Virus record (IMG/VR): IMGVR_UViG_3300021438_000004 | Coordinates: 1-42,228 of that record | DNA: 42,228 nucleotides | Reading direction: 5' to 3' (one strand) | Source: a virus | Shown: in pieces, positions 32,201-40,070 of the stretch | How the letters are laid out: each line of letters starts with the position of its first letter | How positions within the stretch are numbered: the first letter of the stretch is position 1 | Notes under the pieces: model-generated | Database searches by the model: none | Seen by the model: the letters and a program-made list of their open reading frames with translations, nothing else | Told to the model about the DNA's origin: nothing | Position numbers and translations under genes: made by a program

Positions 32201-32397
32201 TGACAGCCGTAGACTGGGCAGCATTAGTAGTATCAATCATAACAATTACAGCAGCATTTGCTGGTGCAGTACGTTGGTTGGTAAAGCATTATTTATACGA
32301 GTTGAAACCTAACGGGGGCGGTTCCGTTAAAGACCAAGTTAATCGATTGGAAGCCCGTGTTGACGAAATTTACTTACTCCTTTGCGAGAAAAAGTAG
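32200..32397 (+). CDS. Membrane protein, 65 aa (N-terminal TM plus coiled-coil tail)
   Basis: TAATG overlap. [20 protein letters not shown] segment, then a charged helix. Confidence 0.65.
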   Translation: MTAVDWAALVVSIITITAAFAGAVRWLVKHYLYELKPNGGGSVKDQVNRLEARVDEIYLLLCEKK

Positions 32398-33892
32398 AGT
32401 ACTAGCCGCATTTTTTATTGTCATTGGAACATCTTTGTTCATGCCTGCAGCAAATGCAGACCAAGCAAATGCAACAGTAGTCTGTTCTGATGGAACTAAT
32501 CAGCAGTCATTCCAGATTGGTTGGGATAACTCTAATCAGTTCTTTGCAGATAAGGGATACATCCCTAGACTATTCTGTGAAGGTGGATACGCAAGACCGT
32601 ATACAACTTACGTTAGTGATGACCTTTCCAATCAGTCTCTTGGTTTCTATAACGGAGTTCTTCCAGAGCCAGTTCAGCCCGCTCCAGTTGAGCCTTCACC
32701 CTCACCAACTCCAACTCCGAGTCCGACACCCTCACCTGACCCGACTCCAACTCCCAGCGCAAGTGCAGAACCTCAGCCTTCGCCAGAGCCAAGTCCGTCT
32801 CCAACTTCTTCGCCAACACCTGATACGACTCAACCTTCCGTGCCAGAGACTTCGACGGCAACTGCTCCTGTTGAGCCAACTCCAACTCCAAGCGCATCAC
32901 CCGAGGCATCGCAGCCAAGTAACCCAGCGCCAACCCCAACGGTAGAGCCAACACCACAACCCCAACCCACTGTGGAACCATCTACTTCTCCTTCTGTTGA
33001 TACCAGTACATCAACATCACCAGTGCAACCGCAACCGACAACCCCAGAACCATCACCTACTCCTTCTCCAACTCCTACACCGAGTCCAGAACCTGTTCGT
33101 GAACCAACTCCTACACCAACACCAGAGCCTCAACCTGCGCCTGCACCTACACCAGAACCACAGCCAACTCCAGCGCCAGAAACTATTCCTCAACCTCAAC
33201 CTGTTCCTGCGCCTGTGCCTGCTCCCGCACCCGAGCCACAACCGACTCCACCTCCAGAGCCAGCACCTTTACCTCAACCTGAGCCATTGCCAGAGCCGCC
33301 CGCGCCTCCTGCACCTGAGCCTCAACCCGAGCCTCCAACTCCTGTAGAAGAGCCTCCAGCACCTGCTGAGGAGCCTCCTGTGGCTGTTGAAGAACCTTCT
33401 GCAGTGGAGGAACCACCCGTAGATGTACCATCAGAGCCCGTGCCTCCTGCTGAACCTAGCAAGCCTGAGGTAACGCCAGAACCCAAAGCGCCTGATGCCC
33501 CAAATGTGGAACCGCAACCTGTTTCTCAACCTGAACCTCCTGTTGTAGAGCATAATCCTACACCAGAGCCAATTACTTTGACAGATGAAACAGACCTAGA
33601 ATCACTAGACCCAGAGACTCCAATCATGTTGGACAATGGTGTGGTACTTACTGCTGAGGTAGTCATCTCTTTGCAGTTGCTTGAAAACCCTGCTGAGTTA
33701 TTGCAGGAACTATTTACAAATCCTGCAGCAGCATTGGCTGCTTTAGGCAATGTCGGCGCAGACCTTTCACCCGAAGTGCGAGCGAAAGCCGAAAAAGTAG
33801 TTATCGCAGCAGTTATTGCTGGAAACATAGCCACTACAGCAGCCGTTGCATCCGCAGGTGCTGCTTCCACGTATAGAAGGAAACCACTATGA
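32357..33892 (+). CDS. Exported Pro-rich protein with signal peptide and C-terminal hydrophobic anchor, 511 aa
   Basis: GTG or TTG start at 32357/32360. Signal-like [25 protein letters not shown]. About 330 aa of PTPSP/PEPQP repeats. The C-terminus is [31 protein letters not shown]. Confidence 0.75.
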   Translation: MLTKFTYSFARKSRVLAAFFIVIGTSLFMPAANADQANATVVCSDGTNQQSFQIGWDNSNQFFADKGYIPRLFCEGGYARPYTTYVSDDLSNQSLGFYNGVLPEPVQPAPVEPSPSPTPTPSPTPSPDPTPTPSASAEPQPSPEPSPSPTSSPTPDTTQPSVPETSTATAPVEPTPTPSASPEASQPSNPAPTPTVEPTPQPQPTVEPSTSPSVDTSTSTSPVQPQPTTPEPSPTPSPTPTPSPEPVREPTPTPTPEPQPAPAPTPEPQPTPAPETIPQPQPVPAPVPAPAPEPQPTPPPEPAPLPQPEPLPEPPAPPAPEPQPEPPTPVEEPPAPAEEPPVAVEEPSAVEEPPVDVPSEPVPPAEPSKPEVTPEPKAPDAPNVEPQPVSQPEPPVVEHNPTPEPITLTDETDLESLDPETPIMLDNGVVLTAEVVISLQLLENPAELLQELFTNPAAALAALGNVGADLSPEVRAKAEKVVIAAVIAGNIATTAAVASAGAASTYRRKPL

Positions 33893-34056
33893 AAGACTTC
33901 TTTTCAGATATAGCAAATCAACTATGGACACTTCTTGGAATGTTCGTTGCTTGGGTCGTCTTAGAGGGCTCAGCAAAGACAGTCGTTGGCTATGCAATTG
34001 CATTGTCTACGGTTATCTGGGGAGTTACATTTAAGTTACGTAACCCAAAGGAATAA
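33889..34056 (+). CDS. Two-TM small protein, 55 aa (holin candidate)
   Basis: Hand-translated. ATGA overlap and AAGGA SD. Segments [14 protein letters not shown] and [15 protein letters not shown]. Confidence 0.55.
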   Translation: MKDFFSDIANQLWTLLGMFVAWVVLEGSAKTVVGYAIALSTVIWGVTFKLRNPKE

Positions 34057-34058
34057 CA

Positions 34059-34301
34059 ATGGCAACATTCAAGAATGTAATAATGAGAATCTTTGCTGTG
34101 ATTGCAGCAGAAGCACTAGGAGTTATTGGTGCAGGTTCTCTTGTAGGTATCGAAGTATGGCAGGCAGCAGTACTTGCAGGTGCACTAGGTGCAGCACGAG
34201 TACTTGAGGCTCTAGCACGCTTCTTCCTCAATGATGGAAGCCTATCAGCAGATGAAATCAACGCAGCCTTTGCTAAGGTTGACAAGAAAGCGAGTGAGTA
34301 A
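34059..34301 (+). CDS. Holin-like membrane protein, 80 aa
   Basis: Hydrophobic and Ala/Gly-rich segments. Immediately upstream of the endolysin with a TAATG overlap. Confidence 0.65.
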   Translation: MATFKNVIMRIFAVIAAEALGVIGAGSLVGIEVWQAAVLAGALGAARVLEALARFFLNDGSLSADEINAAFAKVDKKASE

Positions 34302-34813
34302 TGGGACAAAGAGCAGACTTCATTGCAGTAGCGAAGACTGAACTCGGTGTAATCGAGGGACCAAAAGATAACGAAACCAAGTACGGTGCATTCACAAAGG
34401 CTAACTTCCTGCCTTGGTGTGGTTCATTCGTCAACTGGTGTGCTAACGAAGTTGGCTTGAAGATTCCTTCATGCGTATCAACTGTTGCTGGTGCTAAGGC
34501 TTTTGAGAAGAAGGGTCAGTGGGAACTTGCTAGCGACACAGCAACTCCACTACCAGGCGATATCGTATTCTTCGATTTCCCTAACGACGGTGTAGACCGA
34601 ATCTCACATGTTGGGATTGTAGTTAAGGATAACGGAGATGGCACAGTAACCTGTATCGAAGGCAATACTGCCCCAGATAAGAAGGGTGACCAGCGCAATG
34701 GTGGTCAGGTGTGCCTCAAGGTCCGTGCATTCAAGAAGAAGAACGGGTCTAAATTACGCAAATCTCAAGCAGTTACTGTGGTAGGATTTGGCAAGCCTGT
34801 CTTTAAGTCATAA
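34301..34813 (+). CDS. Endolysin, CHAP/NlpC-P60-type amidase or peptidase, 170 aa
   Basis: Catalytic-type blocks PWCGSFVNWC, SHVGIVV and CIEGNT in the canonical order. Confidence 0.85.
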   Translation: MGQRADFIAVAKTELGVIEGPKDNETKYGAFTKANFLPWCGSFVNWCANEVGLKIPSCVSTVAGAKAFEKKGQWELASDTATPLPGDIVFFDFPNDGVDRISHVGIVVKDNGDGTVTCIEGNTAPDKKGDQRNGGQVCLKVRAFKKKNGSKLRKSQAVTVVGFGKPVFKS

Positions 34814-34837
34814 GGACAGATTCACAAAGGAGTACCT

Positions 34838-35029
34838 ATGTTCGATATCGATAAGTTAAAGGCGATTGGTCTATCATACTTCCGTGCAGCAGCAGCATCT
34901 GCAGTTGCACTATACACAGCGGGTCAGCACGACCCTAAGACATTGGCTACAGCATTCTTGGCAGGTCTAGTTGGACCTATCTTGAAGGCACTGGATGCAT
35001 CTGCACCAGAGTTTGGCCGTACAAAGTAA
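34838..35029 (+). CDS. Holin-like (r1t-type) small membrane protein, 63 aa
   Basis: AAGGAG SD. LSYFRAAAASAVALYTAG...ATAFLAGLVGPILKAL. Last gene before the late terminator. Confidence 0.6.
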   Translation: MFDIDKLKAIGLSYFRAAAASAVALYTAGQHDPKTLATAFLAGLVGPILKALDASAPEFGRTK

Positions 35030-35049
35030 GGCTACCAAGCCTTCAAATC

Positions 35050-35097
35050 AGCCCCTCATTTTACTAGCAATAGTAGAGTGGGGGGCTTTTTTGTTTT
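35050..35097 (+). terminator. Strong intrinsic terminator ending the virion/lysis arm
   Basis: AGCCCCUCA...(inner UACUA-GCAA-UAGUA)...GUGGGGGGCU, followed by UUUUUUGUUUU. Confidence 0.8.
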
Positions 35098-35219
35098 CCC
35101 TAGGATGCCCCAAACAGGTCGGAAAGATGGCGAGTTGCGCCACTTTCACGGCGTCTAGGTCATAATGTATAGGTCGAGGGTACTTTTAGCCTCAACTCAG
35201 ACTTGATTTACTTTTGTTA

Positions 35220-35393
35220 TCATCCACCAGTTGAGTAGAATCCAGAGCCATTAAACTTGACTGGCACTGCAGTATAGACACGCTTCATAGGTTCTCCACA
35301 GGAGCACTCCCATGGCTGGTCTCTATCCTCAACATTGACCTGCTTATCCATAGTGGTTCCACAGGCATCGCACTTGTATTCGTATGTAGGCAT
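35220..35393 (-). CDS. FmdB-family-type zinc ribbon protein, 57 aa
   Basis: MPTYEYKCDACG...WECSCGEP is the characteristic MPxYEYxCxxCG start of this family. The track ORF extends upstream to 35468. Confidence 0.7.
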   Translation of the reverse strand: MPTYEYKCDACGTTMDKQVNVEDRDQPWECSCGEPMKRVYTAVPVKFNGSGFYSTGG

Positions 35394-35437
35394 TTCTTCT
35401 TCTTCCCATGGGTAGTGCGCTTTAGTTATGAATTCTC

Positions 35438-35575
35438 TTACCATTGTCTTTCCAATGCTATAAACCAAAACCCTAAATTAATATCTAGGTTATATGAACA
35501 GAAACTGATTCCAATAGCAAAGCCATGAATCCTGCCATAAATAAACCAAAACTTTCCAAGTTTCTTCTCAGCCAT
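35438..35575 (-). CDS. Small membrane protein, 45 aa (MAEKKLGKFWFIYGRIHGFAIGISF...)
   Basis: GGAGG 5 nt upstream of ATG 35575. The track ORF starts further upstream at 35644. Confidence 0.5.
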   Translation of the reverse strand: MAEKKLGKFWFIYGRIHGFAIGISFCSYNLDINLGFWFIALERQW

Positions 35576-35725
35576 TTCAACCTCCATAGATTTTGGGATT
35601 AGTGTATCATAGAAATGCGGGTAACCGTGGGGCGGAAACTTCAAATGACGGACGACGGCAAAAGCCTATCCTGAACTGTCTCCCTGAACCACATTTTTGT
35701 AACTTAAAAAATGGGGGAGGGGGGC

Positions 35726-35763
35726 GTTTCTTAAAATCAGGATTCAGGCAGGTTTTAAGAAAC
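35726..35763. promoter_or_regulatory. Perfect 11-bp inverted repeat GTTTCTTAAAA-N16-TTTTAAGAAAC upstream of the replication arm
   Basis: Read directly. Lies 45 nt upstream of ATG 35809, in the divergent intergenic region. Confidence 0.8.
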
Positions 35764-35808
35764 CCGTTTCGTATAGCGGGGTAAAAATGGATGTGATACA
35801 GTCATCCT

Positions 35809-36567
35809 ATGAATCAATTACCTAAGCATATTTCTTACTCCAGTTTTACTACTTGGCAAGAGTGTGGCTGGAAGTACTACCTACAAAAAGTAGAAGGCGT
35901 TAAAGAAGCACACGCAGTGTGGTTTACTGGTGGCTCTGCCGTTCACAAGGCTACTGAAAACTATGACCATGCTGGCGTTATGTCAGTAGATTCTGAATAC
36001 CTTGACCTAATCTGGAATGATGCATGGTTTCAGCAGGTAAAAGAAGATGAAGAAATTAATGGTGACATGAACACATGGCAGTATGCCAAGCGTGAAGACA
36101 TGTCATGGTGGTATGGCGAAGGTCGCTGGATGCTAGAAAACTGGGCTAAGTTCCGTGCTAATGGCTGGACTATCTACGAAGATTTCATTGAAAAAGAATA
36201 TGAAATTGAAATCGATGATGCAACAGTCAAGATGGCAATTGACCGTGTAATGGTAGACTTCGAGGGGAATCGGGTGCTCCTCGATATCAAGACTGGTGCG
36301 TCATCCCAGAAGCATCCTTTGCAACTGGCTGTCTATGCGTGGGCGCTTGGCAAGCATGGGATTACTGTCGATAAGGCAGGTTTCTGGGATGCACGTACTG
36401 GTCACGTTTCGTTATGGAACCTGTCCAACTTGCATGCAGAACGCATTGAAGATATGCTCAACACCTTTGATAAGGCTCGCAAGGAAACAATTTTCCTTCC
36501 AAACTTGTCTAGTTGTGGTCGATGTGGAATCACATCCCACTGCAAGTTTGTCAATAGCCACGCTTAG
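35809..36567 (+). CDS. PD-(D/E)XK exonuclease, Cas4/RecB-like with Fe-S cysteines, 252 aa
   Basis: SYSSFTTWQECGWKYY, LLDIKTG and QLAVYAWAL blocks. C-terminal CGRCGITSHC pairs with the N-terminal Cys. Confidence 0.8.
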   Translation: MNQLPKHISYSSFTTWQECGWKYYLQKVEGVKEAHAVWFTGGSAVHKATENYDHAGVMSVDSEYLDLIWNDAWFQQVKEDEEINGDMNTWQYAKREDMSWWYGEGRWMLENWAKFRANGWTIYEDFIEKEYEIEIDDATVKMAIDRVMVDFEGNRVLLDIKTGASSQKHPLQLAVYAWALGKHGITVDKAGFWDARTGHVSLWNLSNLHAERIEDMLNTFDKARKETIFLPNLSSCGRCGITSHCKFVNSHA

Positions 36568-36602
36568 AGTTCAAACTCGAACATGAATGAGGGGATAGAC
36601 AA

Positions 36603-37031
36603 ATGACTGGTAACTTCCAAGTCAGTAGCAAACTCAACGATGGACGTATCTTCGTCGTTGCGTCAGAGACATACGCAGGATTCTGCGAGTCTCTAGAACA
36701 AGCCGTAGGCATCGAGGAGTCACAAGAACTCCTTAAGCAGATGGCACAATCACTAGCAGGAGCACCACAGAGTGCATCTCAAGCAGTTGAGAATGTACGT
36801 CAGGCGTATCCTAATGCACAAGTAGACCATACTGCGCATCCAACTCAACCTGCTGGCAATACACTTGGACCAGAAGCCAAGAAGTGCCACCATGGTGTGA
36901 TGACAAAGCGAAGTGGTTCAGGGGCTAAGGGTCCATGGAAGGGATACATGTGTCCTTCTCCAAAGGGAACACCAGACCAATGTGAACCAGTATTTATTCG
37001 CCGTAATGACCCAGAGTGGAGTACTTTCTAA
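36603..37031 (+). CDS. Hypothetical protein with C-terminal Cys/His cluster, 142 aa
   Basis: GAGGGG SD. C-terminus KKCHHGVMTKR..WKGYMCPSPKGTPDQCEP. Confidence 0.7.
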   Translation: MTGNFQVSSKLNDGRIFVVASETYAGFCESLEQAVGIEESQELLKQMAQSLAGAPQSASQAVENVRQAYPNAQVDHTAHPTQPAGNTLGPEAKKCHHGVMTKRSGSGAKGPWKGYMCPSPKGTPDQCEPVFIRRNDPEWSTF

Positions 37032-37034
37032 AAG

Positions 37035-37826
37035 ATGAGAACACTTGCCCGCGCCGTAGGTAGCAAAGACATAGGTGGCGAACCGCTACCAACTGTCTTT
37101 CGTACCTTTGAACTCAACAAGGTCGTGTTTCGGCGTGCCGAAATATCGATGATTGCTGGTACACCTGGTGCTGGCAAGTCTTCCGTCGCTCTTGCATTAG
37201 CATTGAGAGCAAAGGTTCCAACACTGTATGTCAGTGCTGATACCAATGCACACACAATGGCTATGCGCTTACTATCAATGATAACTGGCAAGACTCAAAC
37301 TGATGTTGAACATCTACTTGAGACTGAGGTTGCTACCTCTCGCAAGGTTATCAATGAACATGCACAGCACATCTTTTGGTCTTTCGATTCAGCGCCTACG
37401 CTTGATGACTTAGACCAAGAGGTTGCTGCGTTTGAAGAACTATGGGGATGCTCACCTACTCTTATCGTTATCGATAACCTTATGGATATTGCTAACGATG
37501 GCGGAGAAGAGTTTGCAAACATGCGCTCTACTCTGAAAGAACTCAAGTACCTCGCAAGAGATACTAACGCTGCTGTTGTAGTACTTCATCATACGAAGGA
37601 GTCCTACACAGGTACACCGTGTCAACCACGCTCTGCTTTGCAGGGTATGGTTGCACAGTTACCTGCCCTTATCTGTACTGTTGGCACTGATGCTCCTGGT
37701 TTCATAGCCGTAGCACCAGTTAAAAACCGTTATGGTAAGGCAGACCCATCAGGCAACACTGCCTTTTGGTTGAACTTTAACCCTGAATACATGGATGTTT
37801 CTGACATCGCTGAGAGGTTAAAATGA
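37035..37826 (+). CDS. RecA/DnaB-superfamily P-loop ATPase (helicase- or recombinase-like), 263 aa
   Basis: Walker A IAGTPGAGKSS and Walker B LIVIDNLMD. VVVLHHTKE and NRYG blocks are typical of DnaB C-terminal/KaiC-like folds. Confidence 0.78.
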   Translation: MRTLARAVGSKDIGGEPLPTVFRTFELNKVVFRRAEISMIAGTPGAGKSSVALALALRAKVPTLYVSADTNAHTMAMRLLSMITGKTQTDVEHLLETEVATSRKVINEHAQHIFWSFDSAPTLDDLDQEVAAFEELWGCSPTLIVIDNLMDIANDGGEEFANMRSTLKELKYLARDTNAAVVVLHHTKESYTGTPCQPRSALQGMVAQLPALICTVGTDAPGFIAVAPVKNRYGKADPSGNTAFWLNFNPEYMDVSDIAERLK

Positions 37827-37918
37827 GTTTCATCGACCCTATCGTACCCAATCCTGACTGGGGCAATCCGTTTCCAAACGTTGACCCTAATGAATGGGAA
37901 GATGACGATGATGACTAA
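37823..37918 (+). CDS. Possible acidic micro-protein, 31 aa (MSFIDPIVPNPDWGNPFPNVDPNEWEDDDDD)
   Basis: Hand-translated. ATGA overlap with the ATPase gene. No other support. Confidence 0.35.
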   Translation: MSFIDPIVPNPDWGNPFPNVDPNEWEDDDDD

Positions 37919-38114
37919 ACATATAAATGAACTAAAGCCAGATTACACAAGGGCGATGGATATCCGTGGTGAGCCAACCACGGTATGCATCTGTGGAAGT
38001 TTCGTCTGGAACCTTAAAGTATCGTTCTCAGAGGATGGTACTATAGGGATGTATTTTCGAGATATGGAGTGTGCTGACTGTGGAACACAGGCAACCGCGC
38101 CAATTGAGGAGTAA
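37881..38114 (+). CDS. Zinc-ribbon protein, about 68-77 aa
   Basis: CICG...CADCG. The likely true start is ATG 37908 or 37911 (GGGAAG upstream, overlapping the previous stop). Confidence 0.6.
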   Translation: MTLMNGKMTMMTKHINELKPDYTRAMDIRGEPTTVCICGSFVWNLKVSFSEDGTIGMYFRDMECADCGTQATAPIEE

Positions 38115-38116
38115 AA

Positions 38117-38545
38117 ATGAAACTAACAACATACGCTTGGATAATGGCTGCTGTAGTCTTTGTGGGAACTTTGCCTCACGCTGTGGGTGCGATGTTTTTG
38201 AAGACCCAGATAGTCATAGTAGAAAAGTGTACAAAACCAATCGTCTTGGTAACTATATCCGAGATGAAAAAAATGGCAAAGCAAATCGCTAGAGGTAAAG
38301 TGCTAGCGACATACAAGAGTAATCGTGAGTGGAAGGCATTGTTTACTCTATGGAACAAGGAGTCTCGCTGGGATTACACCGCAGACAATCCTCGTTCAAC
38401 TGCTTATGGAATACCTCAGATACTCAATATGCCAAAGGATACTCCAATGCTAGAGCAGATTGACTTAGGTCTAAGATATATCAAGCATCGTTACGGCAGT
38501 CCATCAAAGGCGTTAGCCTTTCATAACCGTCACGGCTGGTACTAA
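38117..38545 (+). CDS. Secreted lysozyme-like / lytic transglycosylase-domain protein, 142 aa
   Basis: GAGGAG SD. N-terminal hydrophobic signal-like segment. The LWNKESRWDYTADNPRSTAYGIPQ block matches the ExxW...AYGIPQ pattern of SLT/Apf-type domains (recalled). Confidence 0.6.
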   Translation: MKLTTYAWIMAAVVFVGTLPHAVGAMFLKTQIVIVEKCTKPIVLVTISEMKKMAKQIARGKVLATYKSNREWKALFTLWNKESRWDYTADNPRSTAYGIPQILNMPKDTPMLEQIDLGLRYIKHRYGSPSKALAFHNRHGWY

Positions 38546-38547
38546 TC

Positions 38548-38889
38548 ATGGGTGGTCGCGCAGCAAAGGCTAAAGGTGCAGGGGCAGAGCGAGATGTAGT
38601 AAAATACCTCAAGCAATGGTTCCCTTATGTAGACAGACGCCTTGCAGGTGCGACCCTTGATAAAGGTGACATTTCAGGTATACCTGGTGTTACTATAGAG
38701 ATAAAGAACCACGCTAAGATGGACTTAGCAGGTTGGATAGAAGAGTTAATAGTCGAGATGACTAATGACAAAGCGTGGACAGGTGTGGTTGTGCACAAGC
38801 GAAAGGGACGGGGGAATCCTGGAGATTGGTACGCAACCATGCCTGTACATGTGTGGGTCGAACTCTTAAGAAAGGCGTTAGACAAGTGA
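38548..38889 (+). CDS. Small PD-(D/E)XK nuclease, Holliday-junction-resolvase-like, 113 aa
   Basis: KGAGAERDVVKYL... then D-x11-E-x-K (DISGIPGVTIEIK). Size and order resemble Hjc-type resolvases. Confidence 0.6.
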   Translation: MGGRAAKAKGAGAERDVVKYLKQWFPYVDRRLAGATLDKGDISGIPGVTIEIKNHAKMDLAGWIEELIVEMTNDKAWTGVVVHKRKGRGNPGDWYATMPVHVWVELLRKALDK

Positions 38890-39266
38890 ATGATGAGAAC
38901 CCGAACATCACTGCAATACTAGAGCACTATGGTGCTACAGTTCCAACTCGAAGTGGTTGGGCTAAGATGAAGTGTCCGTTTCATAATGATTCACACGCAT
39001 CAGCAGCAGTTAATCTGCAAGACAATCTTTTCAAATGCCATGGCTGTCAGTACAAGGGCAGTGGCTACAAAATCATTATGGACAAAGAGGGGGTAAGTTT
39101 TCGTGAAGCAATCAGCATCGCAGAGGGAATCCTTAACCAAAGCGGCCAAGTACTACCACGCCGCTCTGGCAGAGGCGGAAGAATATCTGGCAGGTCGCGG
39201 AATAACAATGGAGCAGGCGACTCACGCACGCTTGGGCGTCGTCTTAGAGCCGCTAACGGGTCATGA
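38886..39266 (+). CDS. DnaG-type primase, zinc-finger part (frame 0); the last ~40 codons look out-of-frame
   Basis: GTG 38886 (GTGA overlap). CHC2 finger CPFHNDSHAS...FKCHGC, then VSFREAISIAEGIL. After about 39140 the product becomes Arg/Gly-rich (RRSGRGGRISGRSRNNNG). Confidence 0.75.
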   Translation: MNDENPNITAILEHYGATVPTRSGWAKMKCPFHNDSHASAAVNLQDNLFKCHGCQYKGSGYKIIMDKEGVSFREAISIAEGILNQSGQVLPRRSGRGGRISGRSRNNNGAGDSRTLGRRLRAANGS

Positions 39267-39726
39267 AGCCTATATCAATCGCTTGGCGATTCCGTATATT
39301 ACGCGTTCAGGGGTGGTTGACATTAGATTCCGTTCGATGGACTTATCCGAGCCCAAATACATGGGTATGGCGGGTGCGACAACGCATCTTTATAACGTTT
39401 CTGCGTTTTTCAGAGCGACCACATATATTTCTATCTGTGAGGGCGAAATTGACACGCTCACACTCGATACTGTTTGCGGTATACCTGCAGTGGGGGTCCC
39501 AGGAGTTAACAACTGGAAGAAGCATTACACACGACTGCTTCAAGACTTCGACAAAGTGTTTCTATTTGCTGACGGGGATAATGCTGGCGCTGATTTTGGC
39601 AAGTCTCTTTCTCGTGAATTGGGTAACCTTGTGGTAGTCAATATGCCAGAGGGAGAAGATGTGAACTCTATGTATCGTCTGCATGGTGCAGATTACTTCA
39701 AACAAAAGATTGAGAGCGTACAGTAA
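39103..39726 (+). CDS. DnaG-type primase, RNA-polymerase/TOPRIM part (frame +1)
   Basis: AAKYYHAALAEAEEYLAGRGI, PKYMGM, TOPRIM ICEGEIDTLTL and FADGDNAG. Frame opens at 39097. A GTG at 39103 has GAGGGGG 9 nt upstream. Confidence 0.8.
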   Translation: MKQSASQRESLTKAAKYYHAALAEAEEYLAGRGITMEQATHARLGVVLEPLTGHEAYINRLAIPYITRSGVVDIRFRSMDLSEPKYMGMAGATTHLYNVSAFFRATTYISICEGEIDTLTLDTVCGIPAVGVPGVNNWKKHYTRLLQDFDKVFLFADGDNAGADFGKSLSRELGNLVVVNMPEGEDVNSMYRLHGADYFKQKIESVQ

Positions 39727-40070
39727 TGTTGATTCCAGTAGACGGACACTTTGAGTGTTCAGAACCTAAGTGCGACTTCATCACTTGTGACTTGTTTGAG
39801 TTCATGGCTCACTGTGGTGTTGAGTATGAGTGGGGTGTGCGCCTGAACAAGCGATACACATTTGACTTATTCCAGTTCTTAGAGATACTCAATGAGTTGA
39901 CCAATATGGGTGACCTTGATGCTATGTATGACCACATACAGTCAGCAACTCTGTTGATGATTAACGCCAGTGGTGATGAATTAGAAGACTTTATTGAAGA
40001 AAGTATTGTACAATCAGAGATGTCAGAGGTGATGGATGGAATCGAAAGGTTACTCAAAGAGAATGAATAA
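39726..40070 (+). CDS. Acidic hypothetical protein, 114 aa
   Basis: TAATG overlap. N-terminal CxxxxC...H...C-like residues, otherwise acidic. Confidence 0.7.
   Translation: MLIPVDGHFECSEPKCDFITCDLFEFMAHCGVEYEWGVRLNKRYTFDLFQFLEILNELTNMGDLDAMYDHIQSATLLMINASGDELEDFIEESIVQSEMSEVMDGIERLLKENE

Noticed and set aside
32490-33870. Multiple nested ORFs in the proline-rich gene (32490-32945, 32613-32981, 32997-33347, 33053-33241, 33183-33431, 33526-33870)
   Set aside because: The CCN/CCA-rich repeat DNA lacks stops in other frames. They have no SDs, and their products are low-complexity.
35098-35219. tRNA or small RNA gene in the non-coding gaps (also 5560-6016, 19111-19228 and 35576-35808)
   Set aside because: No cloverleaf-compatible arms or T-loop (GGTTCGAATCC-like) box was found by eye. 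A tRNA scanner should still be run.
35713-35724. G-run GGGGGAGGGGGG as a G-quadruplex
   Set aside because: Only two G-tracts are present. Four are needed for an intramolecular quadruplex.
38775-38885. Upstream extension of the primase zinc-finger ORF (track start 38775)
   Set aside because: It fully overlaps the resolvase-like gene in another frame. The GTG at 38886 gives a GTGA stop-start junction, and the recognisable primase sequence begins there.
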